Source: Phascolarctobacterium sp.
GTDB taxonomy: Bacteria; Bacillota; Negativicutes; Acidaminococcales; Acidaminococcaceae
DNA length: 64,000 nt
Direction: 5' to 3'
NCBI GenBank assembly: GCA_051866495.1
Contig: JBJDXD010000026.1
Span: forward strand, 177 to 64,176
The stretch's first letter is position 1; every line of letters starts with the position of its first letter. Position numbers and translations under genes: made by a program. Below, piece by piece: positions 19,031 to 28,144 of the stretch. Below the pieces are notes generated by a model. It was not told the DNA's origin and did no database searches. It was given only the letters and a program-made list of their open reading frames with translations.

Positions 19031-19303
19031 AACAAATAAATAAAAGACAGGTGCGCTAAACATCACCTGTCTTTGATAATTCCCCTACACGTTTTTTTGA
19101 TAGACTACGATTCTTAGGGCGCATCTTACTTTCAGAGTTTGTAAGCAAATACCTTCACTACTCTTATTGACCGTTTCACAAGTGATACTGATTTTGATTG
19201 CTAGCAATCACCTTATAAAATTTGAGCGTGAGCTCAATCAATAATGTGGCCCGAGGCCACTCCGGCAGCAGTCCCGCCTGTCCGTATGGGCTTAACTATT
19301 ATA
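19031..19303 (-). promoter_or_regulatory. Structured 5' leader with terminator/attenuator upstream of the polyamine operon
   Basis: TATAAT at 19303-19298; hairpins at 19246-19260 and 19222-19237; perfect 16-bp palindrome at 19195-19210; 11-bp terminator stem 19043-19053/19064-19074 with a U-rich tail ending about 15 nt before the speA start. Confidence 0.65.
19056..19124 (-). CDS. Putative Arg/Lys-rich leader peptide (MRPKNRSLSKKRVGELSKTGDV)
   Basis: 22-codon ORF whose TAG lies in the loop of the terminator hairpin. The RBS is weak. Confidence 0.35.
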   Translation of the reverse strand: MRPKNRSLSKKRVGELSKTGDV

Positions 19304-19420
19304 AAAATAGTGGACTAATATTTGCATGAAAGCAAGCTGCATTCATGTAATTTTATTGTAGCATTTTTATACTGTTTCAGCAAGGGCTTTAACAAAATAA
19401 AAGGTATTAACCATTCCGTA

Positions 19421-20839
19421 TTAACGACGATTACGCCTATCACGACCACTCTGGCTGTAGAAACGGCGTTTATCCTCATACATGAGCATTTCCGCAGTTT
19501 TAATAAGCTCTTCCATGGAACGTTCCCCGCAGCTGTGGCTGTGACCCACCGAGACGAAATAGCCTGCTGCATTAATACGCTCCACCAATGTTTTCAGGCC
19601 TGTAGTAACCTGAACATACTCCATATCCTGAGCCAAAACCACAAACTCGTCGCCGCCAATGCGGTACACATGCCTATCCCCAAATTGGGTGCGCATCAAG
19701 GAGGCCACTGTTTGCAGCATTTTATCGCCAGCAGCATGGCCTTGGGTATTATTCAATTCGTGCAGACCATTCACATCAACGTAAATACAGCAAATGTCAT
19801 TATTGGGGGACACAGGCTCTAAAATCTTTTTTTCAAAGCAGTTGCGATTTAAGCAGCCTGTAAGAGCATCACGTTCTGCCAGGCGCTGCTGCTGAGCCAG
19901 CTCCTTGCGGGAGGTGCGCTCCAGCCAAATAAAATAGCTGGACAAAAGCAAAAGCTGCCCCGCCAAGAAAATGAGCAGTAAAATACTAATTTTATTGGCG
20001 CGAGCAAAGGCTATTTCTTCGGGCACGAAAACCGCAATGCGCCAATTATTGATGGAAGCTGGTCGATAATAGAAGCAGCCATATTCACCTGTTACAGAGG
20101 ACTTTAAAATACTCTGTCCCGCTTCACCGGCAAGCAGCTTTTGACGAATTTCCTCGTTACTGTCACCGGATTTAATATCCCTAGCAGATACATCCCAAAA
20201 ATTGCCTAGCTGTTTGCGATGAGTATTAAGGATAAACTCACCGGTTTTACCATCTATAATAAAGAATTTTGCCTGTCCTTGATAAATATTTTCGTTCATG
20301 AAAGCAGGCAATGTGTTTAAATTAATGACACCATACAGCATACCCACGGTTTTTTTGTCCTTCACCACGGGCACAAAATTACGCAGAACATAGATACTCG
20401 GATCAAAAATGGCCCGCACCCTGTCAGTTATGTGAGCCCCCTTAGCTGCCTCTTCGTCAAAAAACAGCTTGCCATGAACATCTAAAACGCCTTTATTGGG
20501 CCACACCAGCCTGTCATCGGGCAATAAAAGACCTATGTTCTTCATTAAGGTATCGGCCTTAAACTCAGTGATAATTTCCCGTGCCACAGGCCCATCAAGC
20601 TGCTCCTGCTTGCTGATAATATTCCCTAGGGTTAACAAAATTTCTCTATCAATATCCACCCTACGGGTCAATTCTTCGTCAACCCGATTGGCGGAGCGCT
20701 TTAAAGAACCCCAAGCAGCCTCCTCCTGCATCACACCAATTTGATAAGATACAAATACGGACAATACAAAAAGGGTCAGAATAACGACGCAGGTAATGTG
20801 TATTTTTCGGGTATAATTTAAGTTAAGGGTCTTTTTCAT
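19421..20839 (-). CDS. Membrane-bound diguanylate cyclase (Cache-like sensor + GGDEF)
   Basis: Two transmembrane helices flanking an extracytoplasmic domain, DALTGCLNR, DVNGLHELNNTQGHAAGD, RIGGDEF. Confidence 0.9.
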   Translation of the reverse strand: MKKTLNLNYTRKIHITCVVILTLFVLSVFVSYQIGVMQEEAAWGSLKRSANRVDEELTRRVDIDREILLTLGNIISKQEQLDGPVAREIITEFKADTLMKNIGLLLPDDRLVWPNKGVLDVHGKLFFDEEAAKGAHITDRVRAIFDPSIYVLRNFVPVVKDKKTVGMLYGVINLNTLPAFMNENIYQGQAKFFIIDGKTGEFILNTHRKQLGNFWDVSARDIKSGDSNEEIRQKLLAGEAGQSILKSSVTGEYGCFYYRPASINNWRIAVFVPEEIAFARANKISILLLIFLAGQLLLLSSYFIWLERTSRKELAQQQRLAERDALTGCLNRNCFEKKILEPVSPNNDICCIYVDVNGLHELNNTQGHAAGDKMLQTVASLMRTQFGDRHVYRIGGDEFVVLAQDMEYVQVTTGLKTLVERINAAGYFVSVGHSHSCGERSMEELIKTAEMLMYEDKRRFYSQSGRDRRNRR

Positions 20840-20976
20840 AAGTATGCCTCACATAGGAATATGCTATAATTTTAGCACATTTCTATATGAATTTACAAGC
20901 TTGTTTTTATAAGTACACCATAGAAAAGTAATAACGTTACACAAGTTATGCTTATGTTTTAATAAGGGTAGCAAAA

Positions 20977-21004
20977 GAGAGCTGCAGCCTAAGCCACAGC
21001 TCTC
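20977..21004 (-). terminator. Intrinsic terminator after ilvB
   Basis: GAGAGCTG/CAGCTCTC stem followed by a T run on the minus strand. Confidence 0.7.
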
Positions 21005-21017
21005 ATATTGGTGATAC

Positions 21018-22676
21018 TTATTTGCTTTTTGCTTCAAATTTAACGTAATCGTTAATGCCAAGACCCGGTGCAACCATGGGCTGTACCATATTCTTGGGGT
21101 TGATGGCCACTTCAATTAGATAGGGCTCCTGAACCGCCATAGCCTTGTCCAAGGCAGCGGATAGCTCTTCAGGTGTTGCCACATGCTCGCCCTTGACCCC
21201 AAAGGCCTCCGCATATTTGACAAAATCCACATAGCCCGGCATCTCGCAGGCAGTGAAGCGCTTGTTAAACTGCACTGTTTGCAGCTGGCGAATCATACCC
21301 AAGCCGCTATTATTAAAGACGATGGCAATAACGGGAATATTATTGCTAGCAATGGTAAAGAGCTCGGAGCCGGTCATTTTAAAGCCGCCGTCACCGCTTA
21401 GGCTGATGGCACGGCTTTCGGGCCTTGCTAGCTGGGCACCCATGGCAGCAGGCAGGCCAAAGCCCATGGTACCCAAGCCACCGCTGGTAATCAGCTGGCG
21501 GGCAAATTCGATTTTCAAATGCTGGGCCGCCCACATCTGATGCTGGCCCACGTCGGTGGTAATAATATAATCCTTGCCCTTAATAACAGGATTCAAGGCT
21601 TTAAAAAAGCTAGGTGCCTCTTCGTCTCCAAAATCGTCGTCCATGCCGGGCCAGCTGGCAATTTTTTCCCACCAACCACTCAAATCGTGGGGCACACTGC
21701 CCTTTTCTAAAAGGTTCAGCGTCATATTCATATTGCCCGTAATACCAATGCTGGAATCGATATTTTTATCCAGCTCCGCCGGGTCGATATCCAGATGGAT
21801 AATAGTTTTGTTAGCACTGTAGCTGGAGCGCTCGCCCGTTACGCGGTCGTTAAAGCGACTGCCCACAGCCAAAATCAAATCCGCTTCTTTGACAGCGTTG
21901 TTGGCTCTTTCGTGACCATGCAGGCCCGTCATACCCAAGAACAGGCTGCGATAAGCACTGATGGCACCCAAGCCCATCAAGGTGCTTACAACAGGGATAT
22001 GCAGCTTTTCGCATAAATGCATAGCATCGTATTCCGCATCCGCATTAATAACGCCGCCACCCACCAGCATGACAGGGCGTTGAGCCTTATTAATGGCGGC
22101 TACAGCGGCTGCCACTCTATCCTTGTCCGGCAGCACCGGCGGTAAATCCCGCAGCCTATCAGGAGTGTATTCGATGATAGCTGTTTGCACGTCGCGGGGC
22201 ACGTCCACCAGCACAGGCCCGGGACGCCCCTCCTTAGCCAGCTGAAAGGCTAAGCGCAGGGTCTGAGCCAAATTTTCGGGCTGCTTTACTAAAAAATTAT
22301 GCTTGGTGATGGGCATGGTGATGCCGGTAATATCCACCTCTTGGAAAGCGTCGTGGCCAATCAAGGCACGCTGCACCTGCCCAGTAATAGCCACCACGGG
22401 AGTGGAATCTAAAAAGGCCGTGGCAAGGCCGGTTACCAAATTGGTAGCGCCGGGGCCGGAGGTTGCGATGCACACACCCACCTTGCCGCTAGCTCTAGCA
22501 AAGCCATCCGCCGCATGAGCAGCGCCCTGCTCATGGGCCGTTAATATATGCTGAATTTTACTGTCCCTTAGCGCATCATAAAAGGGGAGAATTGCGCCAC
22601 CGGGATAGCCAAAAACTGTTGTTACACCCTCTTCGGCCAAAACCTTGACCATTATTTCCGCACCAGTCAATTGCAT
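21018..22676 (-). CDS. ilvB: Acetolactate synthase large subunit
   Basis: VFGYPGGAI, HEQGAAHAADG, TSGPGATN, DVGQHQMW, GLGTMGFGLP, GDGGFKM...NN TPP-binding motif. Confidence 0.95.
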   Translation of the reverse strand: MQLTGAEIMVKVLAEEGVTTVFGYPGGAILPFYDALRDSKIQHILTAHEQGAAHAADGFARASGKVGVCIATSGPGATNLVTGLATAFLDSTPVVAITGQVQRALIGHDAFQEVDITGITMPITKHNFLVKQPENLAQTLRLAFQLAKEGRPGPVLVDVPRDVQTAIIEYTPDRLRDLPPVLPDKDRVAAAVAAINKAQRPVMLVGGGVINADAEYDAMHLCEKLHIPVVSTLMGLGAISAYRSLFLGMTGLHGHERANNAVKEADLILAVGSRFNDRVTGERSSYSANKTIIHLDIDPAELDKNIDSSIGITGNMNMTLNLLEKGSVPHDLSGWWEKIASWPGMDDDFGDEEAPSFFKALNPVIKGKDYIITTDVGQHQMWAAQHLKIEFARQLITSGGLGTMGFGLPAAMGAQLARPESRAISLSGDGGFKMTGSELFTIASNNIPVIAIVFNNSGLGMIRQLQTVQFNKRFTACEMPGYVDFVKYAEAFGVKGEHVATPEELSAALDKAMAVQEPYLIEVAINPKNMVQPMVAPGLGINDYVKFEAKSK

Positions 22677-22703
22677 GGGCTCACATCCTTCCTCATCACT
22701 TTT

Positions 22704-23240
22704 CTATATGGTTCTCGCTTTATCCGCATTGGGCCATTCAAAGCGCGATTCCTCCACTGCCAAGGCAGTGTCGCCACGCTCTAGGGCAACCAAGCCTGTT
22801 TGCACCATTTCGGTAATACCATAGGGGCGCATAATATCCACAAAGGCCTTGAGCTTACCCTCGTCACCTGTGGACACAAAAATCAAGGATTCACCGGTAA
22901 CATCCACAGCGTGAGCCCTGAACACCTCTGCCAGCTGTAAAAGCTCCATACGCTTTGCACCTGCATGCACCTTGACTAAAACCATGCTGCGCGTAGCGCT
23001 GGAGCGGGGCGGCAGCACCTTTACCTTTTCCACTTCCACCAATTTGGCAAGCTGCTTGCACACCTGCACCACGGTGGGTTCATCCGCATCCATAGTAACA
23101 GTCATACGTGAAAATTCCGGATTTTGGGTTGTGCCTACAGCCAAGCTATCAATATTATAACCTCTACGGGAAAACATGCCGGCTACACGCATCAAAACGC
23201 CGGGCTGGTTACGTACAACAATTGATAAAATTTGCTCCAT
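22704..23240 (-). CDS. ilvN: Acetolactate synthase small (regulatory, ACT) subunit
   Basis: LSIVVRNQPGVLMRVAGMFSRRGYNIDSLAVG. Start at ATG 23240 behind a GAGGAGG RBS. Confidence 0.93.
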   Translation of the reverse strand: MEQILSIVVRNQPGVLMRVAGMFSRRGYNIDSLAVGTTQNPEFSRMTVTMDADEPTVVQVCKQLAKLVEVEKVKVLPPRSSATRSMVLVKVHAGAKRMELLQLAEVFRAHAVDVTGESLIFVSTGDEGKLKAFVDIMRPYGITEMVQTGLVALERGDTALAVEESRFEWPNADKARTI

Positions 23241-23307
23241 ACCTTTTCCTCCTCTATAAAAATGCCCCCGTCTGCAAAAGCAGAAAGGAGCGAACTTGTT
23301 GGAATAA

Positions 23308-23336
23308 ATTATGACAATTGACGCTTTTTTTGTCAA
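23308..23336 (-). promoter_or_regulatory. sigma70-type promoter of ilvN-ilvB
   Basis: TTGACA(23336-23331)-17 bp-CATAAT(23313-23308). Confidence 0.7.
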
Positions 23337-23470
23337 GAATTTTGTAACATTTCTCATTATACAGACGAGGGCGTAAATCTTTTTGTAAACATTATAACAA
23401 AAAGTACCATTTTAGGTCCATCCATCCCCGACCTAAAATGGTACTTTAAAAAATTACAAAGAAAGAAAAA

Positions 23471-23767
23471 TTATGCTTTTTTCAGCAAAATCAAAGCCTG
23501 AGTCAAATCCTCCAAGGAAAATACATCCTTGCCGTCCTTGGGCTCTTCTTTACCATCGATATCTACAAAGAAGCTGCTCATGGGACACTCTAAAATCTCA
23601 TGCAGCTTGTAAAGATTATCCACGGTAACATTGTTGCGGCCACTCTCAATATTGCTCATATGGGTTTGGCTAATACCCATGCGCTTTGCAAGCTCTGTTT
23701 GTTGCATATGCTTTGCGAATCTGAGCATCTTGATTCTGGTTCCAATGATTTTAGCAATATTCTTCAT
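23471..23767 (-). CDS. XRE-family helix-turn-helix transcriptional regulator
   Basis: IKMLRFAKHMQQTELAKRMGISQTHMSNIESGRNNVTVDNL. Confidence 0.9.
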   Translation of the reverse strand: MKNIAKIIGTRIKMLRFAKHMQQTELAKRMGISQTHMSNIESGRNNVTVDNLYKLHEILECPMSSFFVDIDGKEEPKDGKDVFSLEDLTQALILLKKA

Positions 23768-23965
23768 AATATGGCACGCCTTTCCTAATTATAAAATTTT
23801 CTTTACCTTAGTAAGCAATACTAAAAATAACCCCACTATTTTAGTAAGTATCAGTTGCTAATGTAAAGTTTTCTTTAATTATATCACATGAGTTTCCGCT
23901 ACGCAACACTTCTTCAGAAATAATGGATAAATTTTTAAACATTTTATATTATCTAAAGCATAAAA

Positions 23966-23994
23966 AAACCATACCCCACTATGAGGTATGGTTT
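23966..23994 (-). terminator. Intrinsic terminator after tRNA-Leu
   Basis: AAACCATACC/GGTATGGTTT stem with a T run downstream on the minus strand. Confidence 0.75.
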
Positions 23995-24002
23995 AGCCTT
24001 CT

Positions 24003-24087
24003 TGGTGCGAGTGACAGGAATCGAACCTGCACGCCGAAAGGCGCTAGATCCTAAGTCTAGTGCGTCTGCCAGTTCCGCCACACTCGC
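24003..24087 (-). tRNA. tRNA-Leu (anticodon TAG)
   Basis: GCGAGTG acceptor stem, TGGCGGAACTGGCAGACGC D-arm, CTAGA-CT-TAG-GA-TCTAG anticodon arm, long variable arm, GGTTCGATTCC T-loop, encoded CCA. Confidence 0.97.
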
Positions 24088-24144
24088 ATTTTTAAGTTTT
24101 CAAAACGCAGCTTGGATTAAAGCCACAGCATGCGTCCGAGATAT

Positions 24145-24173
24145 ATTATACTGAAGAGTATGAGTCGTGTCAA
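24145..24173 (-). promoter_or_regulatory. Consensus sigma70 promoter of tRNA-Leu
   Basis: TTGACA-17 bp-TATAAT, a perfect consensus. Confidence 0.85.
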
Positions 24174-24221
24174 GGAAAGTTTAAGCTAAAGCTAGCAACT
24201 GTATAACAGCGCCCTGCCAGC

Positions 24222-25211
24222 TTAGCCATTATAGCCATGGGGATGACCCTTGTGCCATTTCCAGGCAGTTGCAATAACCTCGTCCACGCTGCTATGCTGG
24301 GGCACCCAGCCCAATTCGCTGCGGATTTTTTCGGAAGAAGCAATGAGCACCGCCGGGTCGCCAGCACGGCGAGCCTCCTCCACAACAGTAAAGTCAACCG
24401 CTGTAATTTTCTTCGCAGAGTCAATCATTTGGCGCACGCTAAAGCCATTTTCGCTGCCCAAATTATACACGCGGCTGGCACCACCCTTTAAAAGATGCTC
24501 CAAGGCTAGTACATGGGCCTTAGCCAAATCGCAGACGTGAATGTAGTCGCGAATGCAGGTGCCATCCTCGGTGGGATAGTCCGTGCCAAAAATTGCTACC
24601 TGCTTGCGCACGCCCTGGGCCGTTTTCAAAATCAAGGGAATCAAATGGCTTTCAGGGCTATGGTCCTCCCCAATATCACGGGTGGGGGACGCACCGGCAG
24701 CGTTAAAATAGCGCAAGGCTACATAACGCATGTCATAGGCCATATCATAATCGGCCAGCATCCTTTCAATCATCAGCTTGCTGCGACCATAAACATTGGT
24801 GGGCTCAAGCTTGCTATCCTCAGTAATAGGCACCTTTTCGGGCTCGCCGTACACTGCTGCCGTTGACGAAAATACAATTCTATCCACGCCGGCACCGCGC
24901 ATAGCTTCCAATAAGTGCAGACTGCCCTCCACATTATTAAAATAATATTTACTGGGATTGGTCATGGATTCGCCAACTAAGCTGGAGGCAGCAAAATGAA
25001 TTACCGCATCAATTTTAAACTGCTCCATAATGTGCTTGGCAAAGCGCACATCATGAATATCGCCCTCGATGAGCTGTACATCCTCGGGCACAGCCTCCTC
25101 GTGGCCAGTGGAAAAATTATCATATACAATGGGAGTATAGCCGCTCCTTTGCAGCTCCTCCACCACATGGGAGCCGATATAACCGGCGCCACCTGTAACA
25201 AGAATATTCAT
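24222..25211 (-). CDS. galE: UDP-glucose 4-epimerase
   Basis: MNILVTGGAGYIGSH, FSSTAAVYG, YGRSK, LRYFNAAGA, CIRDYIHV. Confidence 0.95.
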   Translation of the reverse strand: MNILVTGGAGYIGSHVVEELQRSGYTPIVYDNFSTGHEEAVPEDVQLIEGDIHDVRFAKHIMEQFKIDAVIHFAASSLVGESMTNPSKYYFNNVEGSLHLLEAMRGAGVDRIVFSSTAAVYGEPEKVPITEDSKLEPTNVYGRSKLMIERMLADYDMAYDMRYVALRYFNAAGASPTRDIGEDHSPESHLIPLILKTAQGVRKQVAIFGTDYPTEDGTCIRDYIHVCDLAKAHVLALEHLLKGGASRVYNLGSENGFSVRQMIDSAKKITAVDFTVVEEARRAGDPAVLIASSEKIRSELGWVPQHSSVDEVIATAWKWHKGHPHGYNG

Positions 25212-25274
25212 CTTTATACCTCGATCAAACTTGCTAGGGCGGTCACAAGGAACCACCGCCCTTTTATTAAAGGC

Positions 25275-26645
25275 TTACGCTTCTTCGCCGCCGATAATAG
25301 CCAAAAGCTCCTCGGTTTTCGCTTGCAGAAGCGCCTTGTCGCCCTTAGTTTCCACATTCAAGCGCATTACAGGCTCGGTATTAGAGACGCGCACATTAAA
25401 GCGCCAGGTGTCATAAGCAACGCTCAGGCCGTCCAAATGGTCCTGCTCGCCGTCTGCATAACGCTTGCCCAGCTCTGCCAAAACTGCGGCAGAATCTGCC
25501 ACCTTGCGGTTGATTTCGCCGCTGCAGGGATACATTTCCACCCGCTCGCCCACCAATTGGGACAGGGTCTTGCCACTGCGGCAAATGAGCTCGGTTACCA
25601 AAAGCCAAGGAATCATGCCACTGTCGCAGCAGGAGAAGTCGCGGAAATAATGGTGAGCACTCATCTCGCCGCCATAGAGCACATTATTATTGCGCATGCA
25701 TTCCTTCATAAAGGCATGGCCGCTCTTGCAGCGCACGGGCACGCCACCATCACGAGTCAAAATATCCTCGGTATTCCAAGTTAGGCGCGGGTCAAACATA
25801 ATCTTGGCGCCGGGCTCCTTGAGGAGGAATACCTCAGCCAAAAGGCCCACGATATAATAGCCTTCGATAAAATCTGCCTTCTCGTCAAAGAGGAAGCAAC
25901 GGTCAAAATCCCCATCCCAGGCGATACCCAAATCGGCACCACTCTCGCGCACTACCTTGGCAGTGGCTTCGCGATTGGGCATTAAAAGCGGGTTGGGCAC
26001 ACCATTGGGGAAGGTGCCATCGGGCGTATCATTTAAAGTGATAAATTCAAAGGGCAAATGCTTGGCCAGCTCCTTTAAAACAGGTCCGGCGCCGCCATTA
26101 CCGGGGTTAGCCACAATCTTCATGGGCTTTAAGGCTTTAAGGTCCACATAGCTCAAAAGATGCTGGATATAAGCGGGCATGATGTCCACCTTTTCAACCT
26201 CGCCCATGGTTTTGCCCGGCACCAGCTGATGGGGCATATCGCTAGAGGCTGCCACCATTTCGCCAATTTCCTTCAGGCCCGTGTCCGCGCTAATAGGACG
26301 GGCATCGCGACGCACCAGCTTCATACCATTATATTCCTTAGGATTATGACTGGCAGTAACCATAATACCGCCGTCAGCCTTTAAATGAGCAGTAGCAAAA
26401 TAAATCATCTCGGTGCCACATTGGCCAATATCAATAACCTTGGTGCCCCCATGACGCAAGCCCTCAGTGAGGGCAGCCACAATGGCAGGACCGCTCAGGC
26501 GAATATCATGACCTACTACCACGGTTTCTGCAGCAAACATAGCAGAAAAAATTCTACCCACACGATAAGCCATTTCTTCATTCACTTCTGTGGGATATAC
26601 ACCGCGCACATCATAAGCTTTAAAAGCTTTGTTAGTAACTTCCAT
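25275..26645 (-). CDS. manB: Phosphomannomutase/phosphoglucomutase
   Basis: FKAYDVRG, VTASHNP (phosphoserine), DGDFDR metal loop, GGEMSAHHYF, SNTEPVMRLNVE. Confidence 0.92.
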   Translation of the reverse strand: MEVTNKAFKAYDVRGVYPTEVNEEMAYRVGRIFSAMFAAETVVVGHDIRLSGPAIVAALTEGLRHGGTKVIDIGQCGTEMIYFATAHLKADGGIMVTASHNPKEYNGMKLVRRDARPISADTGLKEIGEMVAASSDMPHQLVPGKTMGEVEKVDIMPAYIQHLLSYVDLKALKPMKIVANPGNGGAGPVLKELAKHLPFEFITLNDTPDGTFPNGVPNPLLMPNREATAKVVRESGADLGIAWDGDFDRCFLFDEKADFIEGYYIVGLLAEVFLLKEPGAKIMFDPRLTWNTEDILTRDGGVPVRCKSGHAFMKECMRNNNVLYGGEMSAHHYFRDFSCCDSGMIPWLLVTELICRSGKTLSQLVGERVEMYPCSGEINRKVADSAAVLAELGKRYADGEQDHLDGLSVAYDTWRFNVRVSNTEPVMRLNVETKGDKALLQAKTEELLAIIGGEEA

Positions 26646-26761
26646 CGTTCCATTCTCCTTTATGTGTTTTTTATGCTACTTTCGCTATTGACATAGTAAT
26701 CAATATATATCATTCTGCAAAAAAAAAGAAAATCCTGCCTCGCGCAGGACTTTCTCAAGCA

Positions 26762-27988
26762 TCACCAAGTAAAATATGAATAAACGGAAAAAACGGTCAA
26801 AATAATGACCTCACACAAAAGCACCGGCTGCAGAGTTTTGAAGAAATTGGATTTAAAATAATCCACTGTGACCACTAGACACATATGGGTGGGCGTGAGC
26901 ATCTGCCCCGCCACGCCAAAGGCCATGGCCACACCAGCCAGATTCAAATTGCCCGTTGCCATGGCTGCCACAATGGGCATAACGATGGCCACATGCCCCT
27001 GGCTCATGCCCGTCAGCACGCCGATAATGAAGCTGACGCAGGCGATAATCACCGGCACAGGCAGGGGCGAGCTTTGGAAGGCTACAACAATTTCCTGCAG
27101 CACGTTGGTAACGGTGAGGATTTGGATAAAGTATAAAATGCAAATTACATTAAAAAACATTTTCCAATCCAAGGCACCAAAAACAACCTCTTTGAGGCTC
27201 ACAAAGCGCTTCGTAAACTGCAATACGAAAAACAGGCCCACGGTGACCACCGCCATACCCATAGAAGCATTCATATTGCAAAAAACCACCAGCACAAAGG
27301 TCAAAACCACGGGAGAAAGACTGAGCCACAAATCCTGGGTATTTTGGTCCAGCAGCTCCTTGTCCTCTTGGAAATTGGTCACAGCGTCCGTTTTAATAGG
27401 CGTAATCAAAACCAGCCAGCCTGCCACAAAGGCCAGCACGGTGAGCCAGCACAGATGCATAATAAAGTCGCTGTAGGAAACTCCGGCGATATTGCAGGCC
27501 ATGATCATGCCAGGAATAATGGGACTGGAGAACTCGAAAATATGGCGAAACCAAAAATTGATGGCTGCCCGATGCTCCTGGGAAATAGTCAGCTCCTTGC
27601 TGGCCTCCTCCACAATGGGCGCGCTAAAGCGAGCACCGCCCAAGGAGGGCAGCAGCCCTAAAAAGGCAGGCATCACGGCCAAGGTTACCTTGGTGCTGGA
27701 AAAAATGCGCTGCAGGGCGTGCACCATGCCGGCCAAGGCACCGCTGGTGCGCAGCTCTATTTCTAAGCACATAACAAAATAGAGAGCCAAAAGAATATCG
27801 TAGGTGCGGGACATGGTTAAGGTTTCGGTCAAGGCCTGCCAAAGATAAGCAAGGCTGGGGGTTTTCATAAGCCAAATAAAAAGCCCGCCCACCAGCATGC
27901 AGGGACCAATGGGCACATGCTTACGCAGTAAAATAATAATCAAGGCCATGGCAATGGCTAGTAATAAAAATATATTCATAAACACCAT
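26762..27988 (-). CDS. DUF401-family integral membrane protein (putative transporter)
   Basis: More than 10 transmembrane segments, GLLPSLGGARFSAP, NFWFRHIFEF, PTHMCL. Confidence 0.75.
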   Translation of the reverse strand: MVFMNIFLLLAIAMALIIILLRKHVPIGPCMLVGGLFIWLMKTPSLAYLWQALTETLTMSRTYDILLALYFVMCLEIELRTSGALAGMVHALQRIFSSTKVTLAVMPAFLGLLPSLGGARFSAPIVEEASKELTISQEHRAAINFWFRHIFEFSSPIIPGMIMACNIAGVSYSDFIMHLCWLTVLAFVAGWLVLITPIKTDAVTNFQEDKELLDQNTQDLWLSLSPVVLTFVLVVFCNMNASMGMAVVTVGLFFVLQFTKRFVSLKEVVFGALDWKMFFNVICILYFIQILTVTNVLQEIVVAFQSSPLPVPVIIACVSFIIGVLTGMSQGHVAIVMPIVAAMATGNLNLAGVAMAFGVAGQMLTPTHMCLVVTVDYFKSNFFKTLQPVLLCEVIILTVFSVYSYFTW

Positions 27989-28144
27989 CCTTAGTTAAAG
28001 CTTGCTTACTTCCCAAAAATCAGGGTAGCTTGCTTATTATAACACCAATCCCCCAATTTTGCCTATTTTTGTCGCAAAAAAGCTTATCCTATTATTGATT
28101 TAGGGGTATAATGTTAATATAGATACAAAAGTGGAGGCGAGAAG

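Noticed and set aside
23471-24087. tRNA-Leu plus XRE gene as a possible prophage or island attachment site
   Set aside because: There is no integrase, no duplicated tRNA 3' end visible in the window, and the flanks are housekeeping genes.
27989-28144. Possible retron ncRNA upstream of ptuA
   Set aside because: The gap is short and AT-rich, with no a1/a2 inverted repeats and no reverse transcriptase nearby.
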